Below are positions 46,640 to 56,595 of a stretch of DNA of 64,000 nt, one piece after another; position 1 is the first letter of the stretch, and each line of letters begins with the position of its first letter. The DNA lies in NCBI GenBank assembly GCA_963966775.1, contig CAXAAH010000003.1, positions 1,793-65,792 of the forward strand. Reading direction: 5' to 3'. A program made the translations under genes and the position numbers. The DNA comes from an uncultured Alphaproteobacteria bacterium. GTDB taxonomy: Bacteria > Pseudomonadota > Alphaproteobacteria > Puniceispirillales > Puniceispirillaceae. Under the pieces are notes generated by a model. The model did no database searches, was not told the origin of the DNA, and saw only the letters and a list, made by a program, of their open reading frames with translations.

Positions 46640-47963
46640 GTGCCGCCTCCTTATGTCTTGTGGTGATAAAGTGCTTGGCAAGGGCGGAGAAATGATCGCC
46701 TCTTGCGCCAAAATTTGGGAACTGATCGAAAGAGGCCGCCGCGGGTGATAGCAAGATAACCGCCTTTGACGGTAAGTCTCTTACCGCCATCTCAAAGGCT
46801 TCGTCCAACGTCTCATGCGTTGTGCAGTGAATATGAGGCGCGGCGTCTTGATAGAACTCAGCCGCAGAGCTGCCATAGAAATGGGCGCGGTGTATATGGT
46901 CAAAAAACGGCTTGCAAGCGGTGAGCCCATCTGCCTTTGCCTGTCCGCCCGCAAGCCAGATAATATCATCATATGCGCCAAGCGCTTTGGCCGTGGCATC
47001 CCCATTTGTGGCTTTGGAATCATTCACAAACCCTATCCCGTCTGCCGCGCCGACAGGTTGCAAGCGATGGGCAAGACCGACAAAAGAGGCAAGGCCTGTA
47101 TGAATTGCCGTCTCTTTGATGCCGCATGCTTTGGCGATCGCAATGGCAAAGTTGGCATTTTGGGCATTATGCGCGCCAGCAAGATAGGGGTTATCAAGGG
47201 GCCGCGCGTGCAAATCATCTGCTGAGATAGCTTGGATATGGCACGGCAATGTATCTTTGGCCCACGCAAGCACCTCTTGCATAATCGGTCCCTCATCGCC
47301 AATAAGCGCAAGGGCCTCTTTTGGGCAAGCAGAGAGGCTTATTTTTTTGGCCGCAATATAACCATCAAGCCCGCCATGCCTGTCTAGGTGATCTGGCGTG
47401 ATGTTCAATAAGGCTGTGATATCAGGGGCAAGAGACGGCGTTGTCTCTAGCTGATACGAAGATAGCTCTAGCACGGTGATATGATGGGTGCCAGAAACCT
47501 GTGGGGCTTCATTTAGGGCGCATAAAGGCGTGCCAAGATTGCCGCCAATTTGCACAGACGCGCCGCCAGAGGCCAGCAAATGTCCTGTTAAAGCGGTCGT
47601 CGTTGATTTGCCATTTGTGCCTGTGATGATCACAAGCTTGCCCCAATTGCCTGTGGAAAGGCCAAACTCTACCTCTGAGATAATCGGTGTCTGATGCGCT
47701 CTTGCGGCGCTGGCAACCGGGTGCGGGGCAGGGTGATTATGCGCAATGCCGGGGCTGAGGATAAGCGCGTCAATTTGTGACCAATCCCACTCTTGCCAAG
47801 CACAGATATCGCTCTTGGCAATCGCATCATGCATAATCGGGCTATCATCATCAATCACACAAGATACCCCCAACGATAGCGCACGCTGATAGGCGGCACG
47901 ACCAGAAAGGCCGGCACCAAATACCGCGATATGTCTAAAGTTGTGAGAGGTCTCAATGGTCAT
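46629..47963 (-). CDS. murD: UDP-N-acetylmuramoylalanine--D-glutamate ligase MurD
   Basis: N-terminal Rossmann motif VFGAGLSGRAA and P-loop GTNGKSTTT. The start is taken at ATG 47963, 17 bp after the mraY stop. Confidence 0.9.
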   Translation of the reverse strand: MTIETSHNFRHIAVFGAGLSGRAAYQRALSLGVSCVIDDDSPIMHDAIAKSDICAWQEWDWSQIDALILSPGIAHNHPAPHPVASAARAHQTPIISEVEFGLSTGNWGKLVIITGTNGKSTTTALTGHLLASGGASVQIGGNLGTPLCALNEAPQVSGTHHITVLELSSYQLETTPSLAPDITALLNITPDHLDRHGGLDGYIAAKKISLSACPKEALALIGDEGPIMQEVLAWAKDTLPCHIQAISADDLHARPLDNPYLAGAHNAQNANFAIAIAKACGIKETAIHTGLASFVGLAHRLQPVGAADGIGFVNDSKATNGDATAKALGAYDDIIWLAGGQAKADGLTACKPFFDHIHRAHFYGSSAAEFYQDAAPHIHCTTHETLDEAFEMAVRDLPSKAVILLSPAAASFDQFPNFGARGDHFSALAKHFITTRHKEAAHVG

Positions 47964-47980
47964 GATATAATGCGCGTCTC

Positions 47981-49069
47981 CTAGCGAAGCTTGAGGGTTG
48001 AAAGGGCGATTAACGCCAAGATGACAGAGATAATCCAAAAGCGGATAACGATGGTCGGCTCTGCCCAGCCCTTTTTCTCAAAATGGTGATGCAAGGGCGC
48101 CATCAAGAAGATGCGCTTGCCAGTCAATTTGAATGAGGCGACTTGCAATATGACAGATACCGTCTCAAGCACGAACAGGCCGCCTGTGATGGCCAGCACC
48201 AATTCATGGCGTGTCGCAACCGATATCGCGCCAAGCGTGCCACCAAGAGCCAGTGAACCTGTGTCACCCATAAAGACTTTGGCAGGCGGGGCGTTCCACC
48301 ATAAAAAGCCAAGCCCTGCGCCGATTAGCGCGCCGCAAACCACCGCCAATTCACCTGTGCCGGGGATATAGTGAATCTGTAGATAATTAGCGAAATTCAA
48401 ATTACCTGATAGATACGCAATCAGCGCAAAGACAGAGGCAGCGATCATCACGGGCACAATCGCCAAACCATCTAGCCCATCTGTTAAATTCACCGCATTC
48501 GATGCCCCAACAATCACGACAAGCGCGAAGGGAATATAGAAATAAGAGAGATATAAAAGCGTATCTTTTAAGAATGGTAGCGCGATGCCATAGCGCAGAT
48601 CAGCGGGTGATAATTCGACCAAATAGATAATCGCAACAAGGGCGAGGGCTGTTTGAAGCAGGAATTTTTGGCTTGAACGAAGACCGGCTGAGGACCTCTT
48701 TTTCAGCTTGAGCCAATCATCAATCGCGCCAATGCCGCCAAAGCCAATGGCGACAATCAAAATCGGCCATAGATAGGCATTATCAAGCGGCACCCATAGC
48801 AAGGTCGTGATCACAAAAATGCCCAAAATCAGCAAGCCACCCATTGTTGGTGTGCCAGCCTTGGTCAGAATGTGGCTTTCAGGGCCGTCAGCTCTAATCG
48901 GCTGGCCTTCAGCTTGGTGCGATTTCAGCCATCTGATAAAGGCAGGGCCGATGCACAGGCTGAGAACCATCGCTGTCATAATCGCCCCGCCTGTTCTGAA
49001 TGTCAGATAGCGGAAGAGGTTTAACGGCTGAAACTGGTCTGCGTAAGGCAGGAGGAGATCAGGAAACAT
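47981..49069 (-). CDS. mraY: Phospho-N-acetylmuramoyl-pentapeptide transferase MraY
   Basis: Motifs [13 protein letters not shown] and [11 protein letters not shown]. The start is taken at ATG 49069 (MFPDLLLPY...), just after the murF stop. Confidence 0.95.
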   Translation of the reverse strand: MFPDLLLPYADQFQPLNLFRYLTFRTGGAIMTAMVLSLCIGPAFIRWLKSHQAEGQPIRADGPESHILTKAGTPTMGGLLILGIFVITTLLWVPLDNAYLWPILIVAIGFGGIGAIDDWLKLKKRSSAGLRSSQKFLLQTALALVAIIYLVELSPADLRYGIALPFLKDTLLYLSYFYIPFALVVIVGASNAVNLTDGLDGLAIVPVMIAASVFALIAYLSGNLNFANYLQIHYIPGTGELAVVCGALIGAGLGFLWWNAPPAKVFMGDTGSLALGGTLGAISVATRHELVLAITGGLFVLETVSVILQVASFKLTGKRIFLMAPLHHHFEKKGWAEPTIVIRFWIISVILALIALSTLKLR

Positions 49070-50504
49070 GGGCGGCCCCCCTTGGCGAGGTGTTATTATT
49101 TGCGGCACTGATAAGCGCCTTTGCCAATGCTGGTGCGCCAGAGCCGTTTGAGCCTTTGACAAGGATCAAATCGCAAGCTGAAAGCGCGCCGGTAAGATGC
49201 GCTTGGCACTGGCTGGCATGTGGGTAATGGGTGAGATGCGTGCGGTGAGCGAGGGCGTTTTGGATCTTGCCCATTGCTTCGCCTACTAGCACAAGACGGT
49301 GCGGGGCAATCGCCTCAATCAGCGGAATAAGCGCCTCATGCGCCGCATCACTAATCGTGCCAAGCTCAAGCATATCGGTTAGGACAAGGCCCTTTTTATC
49401 ATGCGGCAATGTGGCAACATAGCTAAGAGAGGCGGCCATTGAGGCAGGGCCAGCATTATAGCTGTCATTAATCAAAAGGGCAGGCCTGCCATCAAGCGCG
49501 ATGGCAAGCTGGTTGCCGCGCCCCTCGACCTCTTGCAAATTGGCAAGCGCTTGTTCTGCGGGGCGCCAATCAAGGCCAAGCACATGCAGGCTGGCCAGCG
49601 CGATTAAGGCGGTGGTGCTATGATGGGGGGCGGCTAGACCAAGGGTGAATGAGGCGTCTTGATCGGTTAGGTTATTGTGAATGACAAGACGCTGTCCGCC
49701 ATCACAAGGCGTCTGGCTCGTTAGTTGAATATCGGCGCCTGTCTTGGCACCAAAGCTGATGATGGTTAGGCCTTCTGCCTCTGCCGCGCTGGCAAGGAGC
49801 GCGAAATGCGTGTCATCAAAAGGTAGGATTGCCGTGCCATTATTCATGCTACCAGTCATGCCATTATTCATGCCCGCAAAGATTTCAGCCTTAGCATGGG
49901 CGATATCTTCGGTTGAATTGAAATGGCCTCTATGGCTGTCAGCGATCTTGGTAATAATCGCGATATCAGCCTGATAGAGATGCGATAGGGGCGCGATTTC
50001 ACCAGCGTGATTCATCCCCATTTCCATGAGTATCATCTCTGCCTCATCAGGGGTGCGTGCCATCGAGAGAGGGGCGCCAATATGGTTGTTGTAATTACCA
50101 GAGCTGGCATGTGTCGCACCATAGCAAGATAGCACGCTGGTCAGCGCCTCTTTGGTGCTTGTTTTGCCGACAGAGCCTGTGATGGCAATCTTGCGTGCCT
50201 TTGTGTCTGCCATTGCCGCGCGGGCGATATCATGCAAGGCCATGAGCGGATCTGCGACACAAAGCTGGTGCGCGGCGCTGTCAGGTGAGGGGGTTTTAAC
50301 AAGGGCGCAATGGCTTGGTAGCAGGTCATCAAGGAACGCATGGCCGTCATGTTTGGTGCCGGGCAAGGCGATAAATAGACCGTCCTGTTCAAGCGTGCGA
50401 TGGTCAATCGCAAGCGTCATGCAAGGTGCCTTTGGCACGCTTCTATGCCAGTTGCCCTTTGTGATCTTCGCCAAATCTGTGCCAGTCCAATTGGTAATCA
50501 TCAC
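49059..50504 (-). CDS. murF: UDP-MurNAc-tripeptide--D-alanyl-D-alanine ligase MurF
   Basis: Mur ligase P-loop [12 protein letters not shown]. Position between murE and mraY, with a 4-bp overlap with murE. Confidence 0.9.
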   Translation of the reverse strand: MMITNWTGTDLAKITKGNWHRSVPKAPCMTLAIDHRTLEQDGLFIALPGTKHDGHAFLDDLLPSHCALVKTPSPDSAAHQLCVADPLMALHDIARAAMADTKARKIAITGSVGKTSTKEALTSVLSCYGATHASSGNYNNHIGAPLSMARTPDEAEMILMEMGMNHAGEIAPLSHLYQADIAIITKIADSHRGHFNSTEDIAHAKAEIFAGMNNGMTGSMNNGTAILPFDDTHFALLASAAEAEGLTIISFGAKTGADIQLTSQTPCDGGQRLVIHNNLTDQDASFTLGLAAPHHSTTALIALASLHVLGLDWRPAEQALANLQEVEGRGNQLAIALDGRPALLINDSYNAGPASMAASLSYVATLPHDKKGLVLTDMLELGTISDAAHEALIPLIEAIAPHRLVLVGEAMGKIQNALAHRTHLTHYPHASQCQAHLTGALSACDLILVKGSNGSGAPALAKALISAANNNTSPRGAAHVS

Positions 50505-51997
50505 GCACCGCCTTGTGGCAAAAAGGCAAGCGCGGAGCGGGCGACAGCCGCATCATCAAATGGCAAGGTCTCTGTGCCGACCATCTGTGTGGTCTCATGG
50601 CCTTTGCCGGCGATCAGCAATGTGTCACCTGCGCCAAGCGTATCTATGGCTGTTTGAATGGCGGCTTTGCGATTGCCAATCTCATGGAATTTACCCAGCT
50701 GTGATTGGGCTTTGCCAGACAGGATTTCGGCACGGATAGAGACAGGGTCTTCGGTGCGCGGATTATCATCTGTGACATAGACCATATCAGCCAGCTTGGC
50801 GGCCGCATCACCCATCATAGCGCGCTTGCCCTTATCTCTGTCACCACCGCACCCAAATAGCACAATAAGCTTGCCGCTGGTCTCAGGGCGCAACAGGTTT
50901 AAGGCATTTTCAAGCGCGTCAGGCGTATGGGCATAATCAACCAAAATACGCGCTTTTTGCGGATGGCCATGGACAGGTTGCATGCGTCCAGCAATCGGCT
51001 TAAGACACGGCAGGGCGCCAAAGGAATCATGAATAGATAGGCCAGATAAATGCGCCATCAACGCCGCCAATAGCGCGTTTTCAGCCTGAAAACGTCCCAT
51101 CAAAGCAAGTGGGTATTGATAATCTTTGCCAGCATAGCTGAAATGGGCATCAAAGCCGTAATCCTTGGCCGCAAGAGCTTTGATATGCAAATCATTATCG
51201 GCAGACGTGCCAATTGTTTTTAGCACAATCGGGCGATCTTGAATATGTTCAATGATCTTTTTGCCATAGCTGTCATCAGCGTTAATCACCGCCGCACCGC
51301 CATCTGGTAATAATTCGGTGAAGAGGCGTAATTTGGTCGCAAAATAGCTGTCCATATCGCCGTGATAATCAAGATGGTCACGGCTTAGGTTTGAGAAACC
51401 AGCCACATGGATCGAAAGCGGCGAGAGCCTATCTTGGTCAATCCCGTGCGATGAGGCTTCAAGCGCAAGGCACCGCACAGATTGACGCGCGAGCGCATCA
51501 ATGGTCGCAAAAAGATCATCAGGCCCAGGCGTGGTCAGACCAGCGACGGCGAGATGAGGCTCATCAAGGCTAAGGCCTGTGCGCGCTGTCTTGGCGCCCA
51601 AAGTGCCAAGAGAGGCTGCTTCCCAAGTTGATTTCTGCCAAATCTGGCGTAGGAATTCAGCGATTGACGTCTTGCCATTAGTGCCTGTGATCGCGGCTTG
51701 GATAGAGGGGCGCTTTGGCCAGAATTTCGCGCAGGCTTTGGCATAATCAGCGCGAATGCTGGCTGATGCCAAATAAGGCACAGAGATATCATCAAGCGGC
51801 TTTTCCCCCATGACCGCAACCGCGCCATTGGCAATCGCCTGTTTGATATGGTCATGGCCATCTGCCTGATTGCCTGTGATAGCAATGAATAGGCTGCCGG
51901 CCTTAATGCGGCGCGAATCCGCGCTCAGCCCGGTGATGATGGTCTGTGCGGGCTTATCTTTAACAGGCCAATTTTCAACGATATCACAGAGCCGCAC
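50501..51997 (-). CDS. murE: UDP-MurNAc-L-Ala-D-Glu--2,6-diaminopimelate ligase MurE
   Basis: P-loop ITGTNGKTS and a DNPR motif (DDNPRTEDP). The start is taken at GTG 51997, preceded by GAGGAGGG. The track start 52108 would overlap ftsI by 125 bp. Confidence 0.9.
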   Translation of the reverse strand: MRLCDIVENWPVKDKPAQTIITGLSADSRRIKAGSLFIAITGNQADGHDHIKQAIANGAVAVMGEKPLDDISVPYLASASIRADYAKACAKFWPKRPSIQAAITGTNGKTSIAEFLRQIWQKSTWEAASLGTLGAKTARTGLSLDEPHLAVAGLTTPGPDDLFATIDALARQSVRCLALEASSHGIDQDRLSPLSIHVAGFSNLSRDHLDYHGDMDSYFATKLRLFTELLPDGGAAVINADDSYGKKIIEHIQDRPIVLKTIGTSADNDLHIKALAAKDYGFDAHFSYAGKDYQYPLALMGRFQAENALLAALMAHLSGLSIHDSFGALPCLKPIAGRMQPVHGHPQKARILVDYAHTPDALENALNLLRPETSGKLIVLFGCGGDRDKGKRAMMGDAAAKLADMVYVTDDNPRTEDPVSIRAEILSGKAQSQLGKFHEIGNRKAAIQTAIDTLGAGDTLLIAGKGHETTQMVGTETLPFDDAAVARSALAFLPQGGA

Positions 51998-53684
51998 TGG
52001 TACCCTCCTCTTTGCCAATACGAATATTTGGCACAAGATTCTGGCGAATTTCGGGCGCATTTTCGTCAACAGGAAGAATGCCAAGCTTTGGCGCGATTTG
52101 TTCAACAATCTTGCGAATGGCAGGTGCCGCTACCCAGCCAGCTGTCGCATAGCCATAAGAATGTTTTTGTCCCTCTGGCTCATCGACCATGACAAAGATA
52201 AGATAGGCCGGGTCATGCGCCGGGAAGGTGCCAATAAAGGATACCATATTCTTATCCTTGCTATAGCGCCCATCGACGACCTTTTCAGCGGTGCCAGTTT
52301 TGCCACCAACCAAATAGCCGGGCGCTTCGGCAAAATTGCCTGTGCCATCTTTGTGAGAGACCACAAGACGCATCATTGAACGCAACGCCTTCACATTCTC
52401 AGCAGAGAAAATGCGCTGTTCAATCAGCGGTGTTAACGGGTCTCTTTTTAGCAATGTTGGGGCGCGGTAGATGCCATCACCTGCGGCGGCGGCGATAGCG
52501 GCTGAGGCATGAACAGGCGTCACAGACATGCCGTGACCAAACGAGATCGTCATCGCTGAGAGGCGCTCCCAACGTTGCGGGATAAGTGGTCTTGCCACTT
52601 CGGGCAGTTCAATCGATAGGCGGTCAAGAAGGCCGAGGCGCTCCATATAGGCACGTTGTGCCTCTGCCCCGATAGCATCCGCAATACGCGCAGACCCGAT
52701 ATTAGATGAATAAACCAATACCTCAGACAGGCTGAGGTCTCGCTTCATCATGTGATAATCAGAAATACTGCGCCGCGATATATAAAGCGGTTTTGAGACT
52801 TCATAATGCTGGCCCATTTGGGCGGCCCCTGTCTCAAGCGCGATGGCGGTATTGAGGACTTTAAAGATAGAGCCCATCTCGAAGACGCCTTTGGTCGCGC
52901 GGTTAAAGCGGGCATCATCAATCGCCTTATTGAAATGATTAGGGTTGAAGTCTGGCAGGGAGGTAAGCGCCAATAATTCGCCTGTCTTCATATCAAGCAC
53001 AAGACCGGCACCGCCGATGGCTTCAAAGCTATCAATTTGCTTTTGGATTTCGGTGCGCAGGATGGCTTGAACGCCAATATCAACCGATAAGGCGATAGGC
53101 TCACCCTTTGAGAGCTCTGCATTAAATTGCTTTTCAATGCCCGCAATGCCCTTACCATCCACATCAATCGTGCCAAGAATATGGGCGGCCTCATTGCCAT
53201 GCGGATAGAGGCGGGCATTTGTGGGGCTAAAGGCAATGCCTGGCAGGCCTAGCTGCATGATCTCTTCATGGCGGCGCGGTGTCAGGCGGCGCTCAAGCTC
53301 AATATAGCGGGTCTTTTTGGCAAAGCGGTTCAGCAGACGCTCTTCGGTCCAATTGGGCAGAAGGGGGGCTAGCAAGGCGGCTGTCTCGAACGGGTCTAGA
53401 ATAAGCTGTGGGTCGGCATGAAGAATTTTGACAGGCACAGATGTTGCCAAGACCTTGCCATTGCGGTCGGTGATATGACCGCGTTCAATCGCCGCTGGTT
53501 TTGGGCTGGCAAATTGCGAGCGTAAATCTTTGTTTGTGGCAAGATAAAAGGCTTTCGCGCCGATGAGTGAAAAGCATAGAAAGGCAAAAAATGTGCCCAC
53601 AGATAGGCGCCCTAGCGCAATGCGTTTTGACTGCGCTGGTTGCGGCTTGGCAGGCCAGATGATTTCGCGAAAGGCGCGCTTCAT
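51984..53684 (-). CDS. ftsI: Peptidoglycan D,D-transpeptidase FtsI (PBP3)
   Basis: N-terminal TM segment, then transpeptidase motifs GSIFK, SSN and KTGTAE. Confidence 0.92.
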   Translation of the reverse strand: MKRAFREIIWPAKPQPAQSKRIALGRLSVGTFFAFLCFSLIGAKAFYLATNKDLRSQFASPKPAAIERGHITDRNGKVLATSVPVKILHADPQLILDPFETAALLAPLLPNWTEERLLNRFAKKTRYIELERRLTPRRHEEIMQLGLPGIAFSPTNARLYPHGNEAAHILGTIDVDGKGIAGIEKQFNAELSKGEPIALSVDIGVQAILRTEIQKQIDSFEAIGGAGLVLDMKTGELLALTSLPDFNPNHFNKAIDDARFNRATKGVFEMGSIFKVLNTAIALETGAAQMGQHYEVSKPLYISRRSISDYHMMKRDLSLSEVLVYSSNIGSARIADAIGAEAQRAYMERLGLLDRLSIELPEVARPLIPQRWERLSAMTISFGHGMSVTPVHASAAIAAAAGDGIYRAPTLLKRDPLTPLIEQRIFSAENVKALRSMMRLVVSHKDGTGNFAEAPGYLVGGKTGTAEKVVDGRYSKDKNMVSFIGTFPAHDPAYLIFVMVDEPEGQKHSYGYATAGWVAAPAIRKIVEQIAPKLGILPVDENAPEIRQNLVPNIRIGKEEGTSAAL

Positions 53685-53980
53685 TTTTTGCCAGCCTCCT
53701 TAAACGCATTATCACGGAACGGGATCGCAGCAAGCGGCAAAACTCTATCAGCTGAAATCGGCTGAAGAGAGAGCAAATTTGATGACAGGCTCAACACACG
53801 CTCAGGGCGCGATAGGTAAGACCATTCAGCATTTAAAATCGCTGATTGCTGATTTTCATGACGGATTTGCGCTTCGAGGCGCGCCAATTCATCCGCACGA
53901 TTATCAAAACTATGGGTGGTCATATAAAGGCCGGTGCCTGAGAAAATCAAAATCAAGGCAATTAAAAGAACAATACGCAT
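53681..53980 (-). CDS. ftsL: Small bitopic cell division protein (FtsL-like)
   Basis: 99 aa with an N-terminal TM segment and a short coiled-coil-like region. Sits in the conserved slot between rsmH and ftsI. Sequence similarity was not assessed. Confidence 0.6.
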   Translation of the reverse strand: MRIVLLIALILIFSGTGLYMTTHSFDNRADELARLEAQIRHENQQSAILNAEWSYLSRPERVLSLSSNLLSLQPISADRVLPLAAIPFRDNAFKEAGKK

Positions 53981-53986
53981 GGGTCT

Positions 53987-54955
53987 TTAAGCTCCTTTTG
54001 CCAGAGGGGTGTTGGTGCGCATTGCGGCGCGTAATTTTGCCGAGCGAGAGCGCGGGTTCGTCGCAATCTCATCATCGGTCGGCAAAAGCGGTTTGCGCGT
54101 CATCATCGAGAAATAGACAGGGGCCTCTTCCATTTGGGGCAAATGGCGTGAGGGGTTAGCGACCTTGCCGCCGCGTTTGGCGATAAATTGCTTCACCAGC
54201 CTGTCCTCAAGCGAATGGAAGGTGACCACAACCAGCAGACCATCGGGCTTTAACAAGCTTTGCGCTGCTTCAAGTGCTTCTTCGATTTCGGCCATCTCTT
54301 GATTGACGTAAATGCGCAAGGCTTGAAAAGAGCGGGTGGCAGAATCAGATTGGCCGGGCTTGGGGCGGGGCATAACTGAATGAATGATATTCGCCAATTG
54401 CAAGGTGCGGGTGATGGGGGCTTCGGTCCGTGCTTTGACAATCGCTCTGGCAATCCGCCTAGAAGCGCGCTCATCACCATAGGTATAGAGGATATCGGCA
54501 AGGTCGCTTTCGGCGGTTTTATTGACAACTTCCTCAGCGTCAAGCCCATCTTGTGACATGCGCATATCAAGCGGGCCATCTTTTTGGAAAGAAAAGCCGC
54601 GCTCTGCTTGGTCTAGCTGGGTGGAGCAAACGCCAAGGTCAAAGACAATGCCGTCAACGCCGTCAACACCGTCAACACGCTCATCTTGCGCTTCAAGCAG
54701 TTCGGCCATTTGCGAGAAGCGCCCATGGGCAAGGGTAAAGCGGGGGGCAAAGGTATCAACAAGCGGCTGGCCACGCTTAATCGCATCAGGGTCTTGGTCA
54801 ATCGCCATCAGATGACAATTAGCGGCCTCTAGGATAGCGCGGCTATAACCGCCATTGCCAAAGGTGGCGTCAATATATAGGCCGTCATCTTTAGGTGCGA
54901 GGGTTGAGACGACCTCATCAAGCATAACGGGCTGATGCAGGGTCTGGCCACTCAT
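53987..54955 (-). CDS. rsmH: 16S rRNA (cytosine1402-N4)-methyltransferase RsmH
   Basis: HQPVMLDEV, DATFGNGGYS, DLGVCSTQLD and RGFSF motifs. Confidence 0.95.
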   Translation of the reverse strand: MSGQTLHQPVMLDEVVSTLAPKDDGLYIDATFGNGGYSRAILEAANCHLMAIDQDPDAIKRGQPLVDTFAPRFTLAHGRFSQMAELLEAQDERVDGVDGVDGIVFDLGVCSTQLDQAERGFSFQKDGPLDMRMSQDGLDAEEVVNKTAESDLADILYTYGDERASRRIARAIVKARTEAPITRTLQLANIIHSVMPRPKPGQSDSATRSFQALRIYVNQEMAEIEEALEAAQSLLKPDGLLVVVTFHSLEDRLVKQFIAKRGGKVANPSRHLPQMEEAPVYFSMMTRKPLLPTDDEIATNPRSRSAKLRAAMRTNTPLAKGA

Positions 54956-55428
54956 TACGAGCCTCCGTCGGTTGGAGCTGTGTTTCGGCCTAAGGTCAAT
55001 TTGGGCAGGCCATTTGTTTTCGCGTTGGCTCTGGCCGCTTGTTCTCTTTGCCTAAAGACATCAGGGTGCCAAATCTGGAACGAGCGCCCAATGCCGGCAA
55101 AAAGAGCGGTGTCGTCTAGGTTGGAAAATTCAATGAAATCAGAAGAGAGCATGATGCGACCCTCACTATCAAGGCGCATTTCTTGGGCGCTTGAAAGCAT
55201 GGTGGTCAATGTCGCAACCTCGTCCGACAGGCTGTCCATCGTATCAATCGCATCAACAATCTGCGAGATACGCTCAGGCCCGCACCCCTCGATGCAAGGC
55301 AGGACAAGTGATTTATAAAGAAATAGGGAGGCATGATTTGCCTCTAGGGTCGCACGGAAAGGGGCCGGCACTGAGAGCCGTCCTTTGCGATCTATGCGAT
55401 TTTCGAATGTGGATAAAAATAACGCCAC
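54955..55428 (-). CDS. mraZ: Transcriptional regulator MraZ
   Basis: Two SpoVT/AbrB-like halves (IDRKGRLSVPAPFR and LDSEGRIMLSSDF). First gene of the dcw cluster. Confidence 0.92.
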   Translation of the reverse strand: MALFLSTFENRIDRKGRLSVPAPFRATLEANHASLFLYKSLVLPCIEGCGPERISQIVDAIDTMDSLSDEVATLTTMLSSAQEMRLDSEGRIMLSSDFIEFSNLDDTALFAGIGRSFQIWHPDVFRQREQAARANAKTNGLPKLTLGRNTAPTDGGS

Positions 55429-55467
55429 ATGAACACCCTTGAGTTACTTTGCCTGTGCCTGTTGATG

Positions 55468-55510
55468 AAAACCCATCCCTAGCACATGCCTTTGGTTTTT
55501 AAACCCATAC
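55468..55510 (-). promoter_or_regulatory. Two promoter-proximal ATGGGTTT boxes in mraZ-sense orientation
   Basis: The top strand carries AAACCCAT at 55469-55476 and 55501-55508 (the - strand reads ATGGGTTT). They are 32 bp apart and 40-80 bp upstream of the mraZ ATG. Confidence 0.35.
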
Positions 55511-55603
55511 TCAGTTTAACGGTCTGATTTTATTGGTAAAAATCATATAATTTCGCTTACAATGCCCCCAAAGTAAGGCGGAATTATCCCGAAAAAACCG
55601 AAT

Positions 55604-55648
55604 ATGGGTTCTTATGGGATATCATGGGTAATAATGGTGGTCAATGGG
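55604..55648 (+). promoter_or_regulatory. Five 10-bp-phased ATGG(G/T) boxes (candidate MraZ operator array)
   Basis: ATGGG at 55604, 55614, 55624 and 55644, and ATGGT at 55634, in an exact 10-bp register. The TGGG core and 10-bp spacing match the repeat type bound by E. coli MraZ. Confidence 0.5.
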
Positions 55649-55802
55649 AAATGCCCTGTATGGCATGGAAAAATCGTGAAAAATCAATGATTTATAAAGT
55701 GTTTTGTGAGCTTTGTGTCTTAAGCATCTGCAATATAATGGAAAATCGAAATTCGTTCACTAAATGTTCTAAAAATAGGCCAAAAATACGTGTCTGAGAG
55801 GC

Positions 55803-55843
55803 AAAAAATCACCCCAATCAGCGCAGTGTCTGATTGGGGTGAT
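55803..55843 (-). terminator. Rho-independent terminator of the orphan secreted-protein gene
   Basis: A 14-bp perfect stem (ATCACCCCAATCAG/CTGATTGGGGTGAT) with an 8-nt loop, followed by T6 on the - strand. Confidence 0.8.
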
Positions 55844-55906
55844 CTGATAAATATTTAGGGGCCTAATTGTTATTTGAGGCCTGTTATTTAGATCTGCTTT
55901 TTTGGG

Positions 55907-56446
55907 CTATTTAATTGTCACCATAGCGGCGGCGGCGCTGAGATATTCAGTGCTTTTGCGGTCTTCATCATGGCCAATATCATAGCGTTGCAGGGTAACA
56001 GGTAGGCCTGCGCCCACATTGATGATGCCTGTCACGAAATGATCCTTATAGGCGGTCGGTGCAACCATCGCGATGATGCGCAAAGCTTGACCTTTACGTG
56101 CTTCGACCTCGATTGAGATGGATTTGCCAGGGGCAAGCAGAACGCCTGGAGGGCCGTCGGTTCCATGGCCGACCATGGCCTTTTTGCCAATTGCCTCAAC
56201 AACCATCGCAGGGTCACCTGTCAGGATTTGATGCTCAGCGGCAGATGAAACATAGTCGCCATCAAAGATTTTCTTGTCCGAACGAATAGGTGCCACCAAG
56301 ATGGGGGCAAGTAATTCATCTGTCATAAGATTGGTGATGGTAAGGGTGGTCTTATCGCCGCCCATCGCAAAGGCTTGTGCGGTAAGACCGCCAGCGATTA
56401 CGATAGCACCGATAAGGGTTTTAAGGGTCGTTTGAAAGAGCGTCAT
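55907..56446 (-). CDS. Secreted protein of unknown function (possibly spondin_N-like)
   Basis: 179 aa with Sec signal peptide MTLFQTTLKTLIGAIVIAGGLTAQAFA. It has its own terminator and a long upstream region. The family assignment is recollection only. Confidence 0.7.
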   Translation of the reverse strand: MTLFQTTLKTLIGAIVIAGGLTAQAFAMGGDKTTLTITNLMTDELLAPILVAPIRSDKKIFDGDYVSSAAEHQILTGDPAMVVEAIGKKAMVGHGTDGPPGVLLAPGKSISIEVEARKGQALRIIAMVAPTAYKDHFVTGIINVGAGLPVTLQRYDIGHDEDRKSTEYLSAAAAMVTIK

Positions 56447-56473
56447 TGCAATTCTCCTATAGACATGAACGCG

Positions 56474-56495
56474 CCTAATATGAGGTCATATTAGG
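56474..56495. promoter_or_regulatory. Perfect palindrome CCTAATAT-N6-ATATTAGG upstream of the orphan gene
   Basis: An 8-bp inverted repeat with a 6-bp spacer, 28-49 bp upstream of ATG 56446. Confidence 0.4.
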
Positions 56496-56562
56496 ATGGC
56501 CGTTTGGTGTAGCTGTTTGGTATAGATAGTCATTGCCTGCTAATGTTCGCATGATATTGATA

Positions 56563-56595
56563 GTCTTAGTGATAGTGATTGTCTTAGTGATAGTG
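56563..56595. repeat. Direct repeat GTCTTAGTGATAGTG x2 with 18-bp period
   Basis: Identical 15-mers at 56563-56577 and 56581-56595, within a GATAGTG-rich stretch (56557-56605). Confidence 0.5.

Noticed and set aside
55604-55690. 28-codon + strand ORF (MGSYGISWVIMVVNGKCPVWHGKIVKNQ) running through the ATGGG repeats
   Set aside because: The repeat period is 10 bp, not a multiple of 3, so the repeats are not a coding feature. There is no SD, and the ORF is simply seeded by the ATG inside each box.
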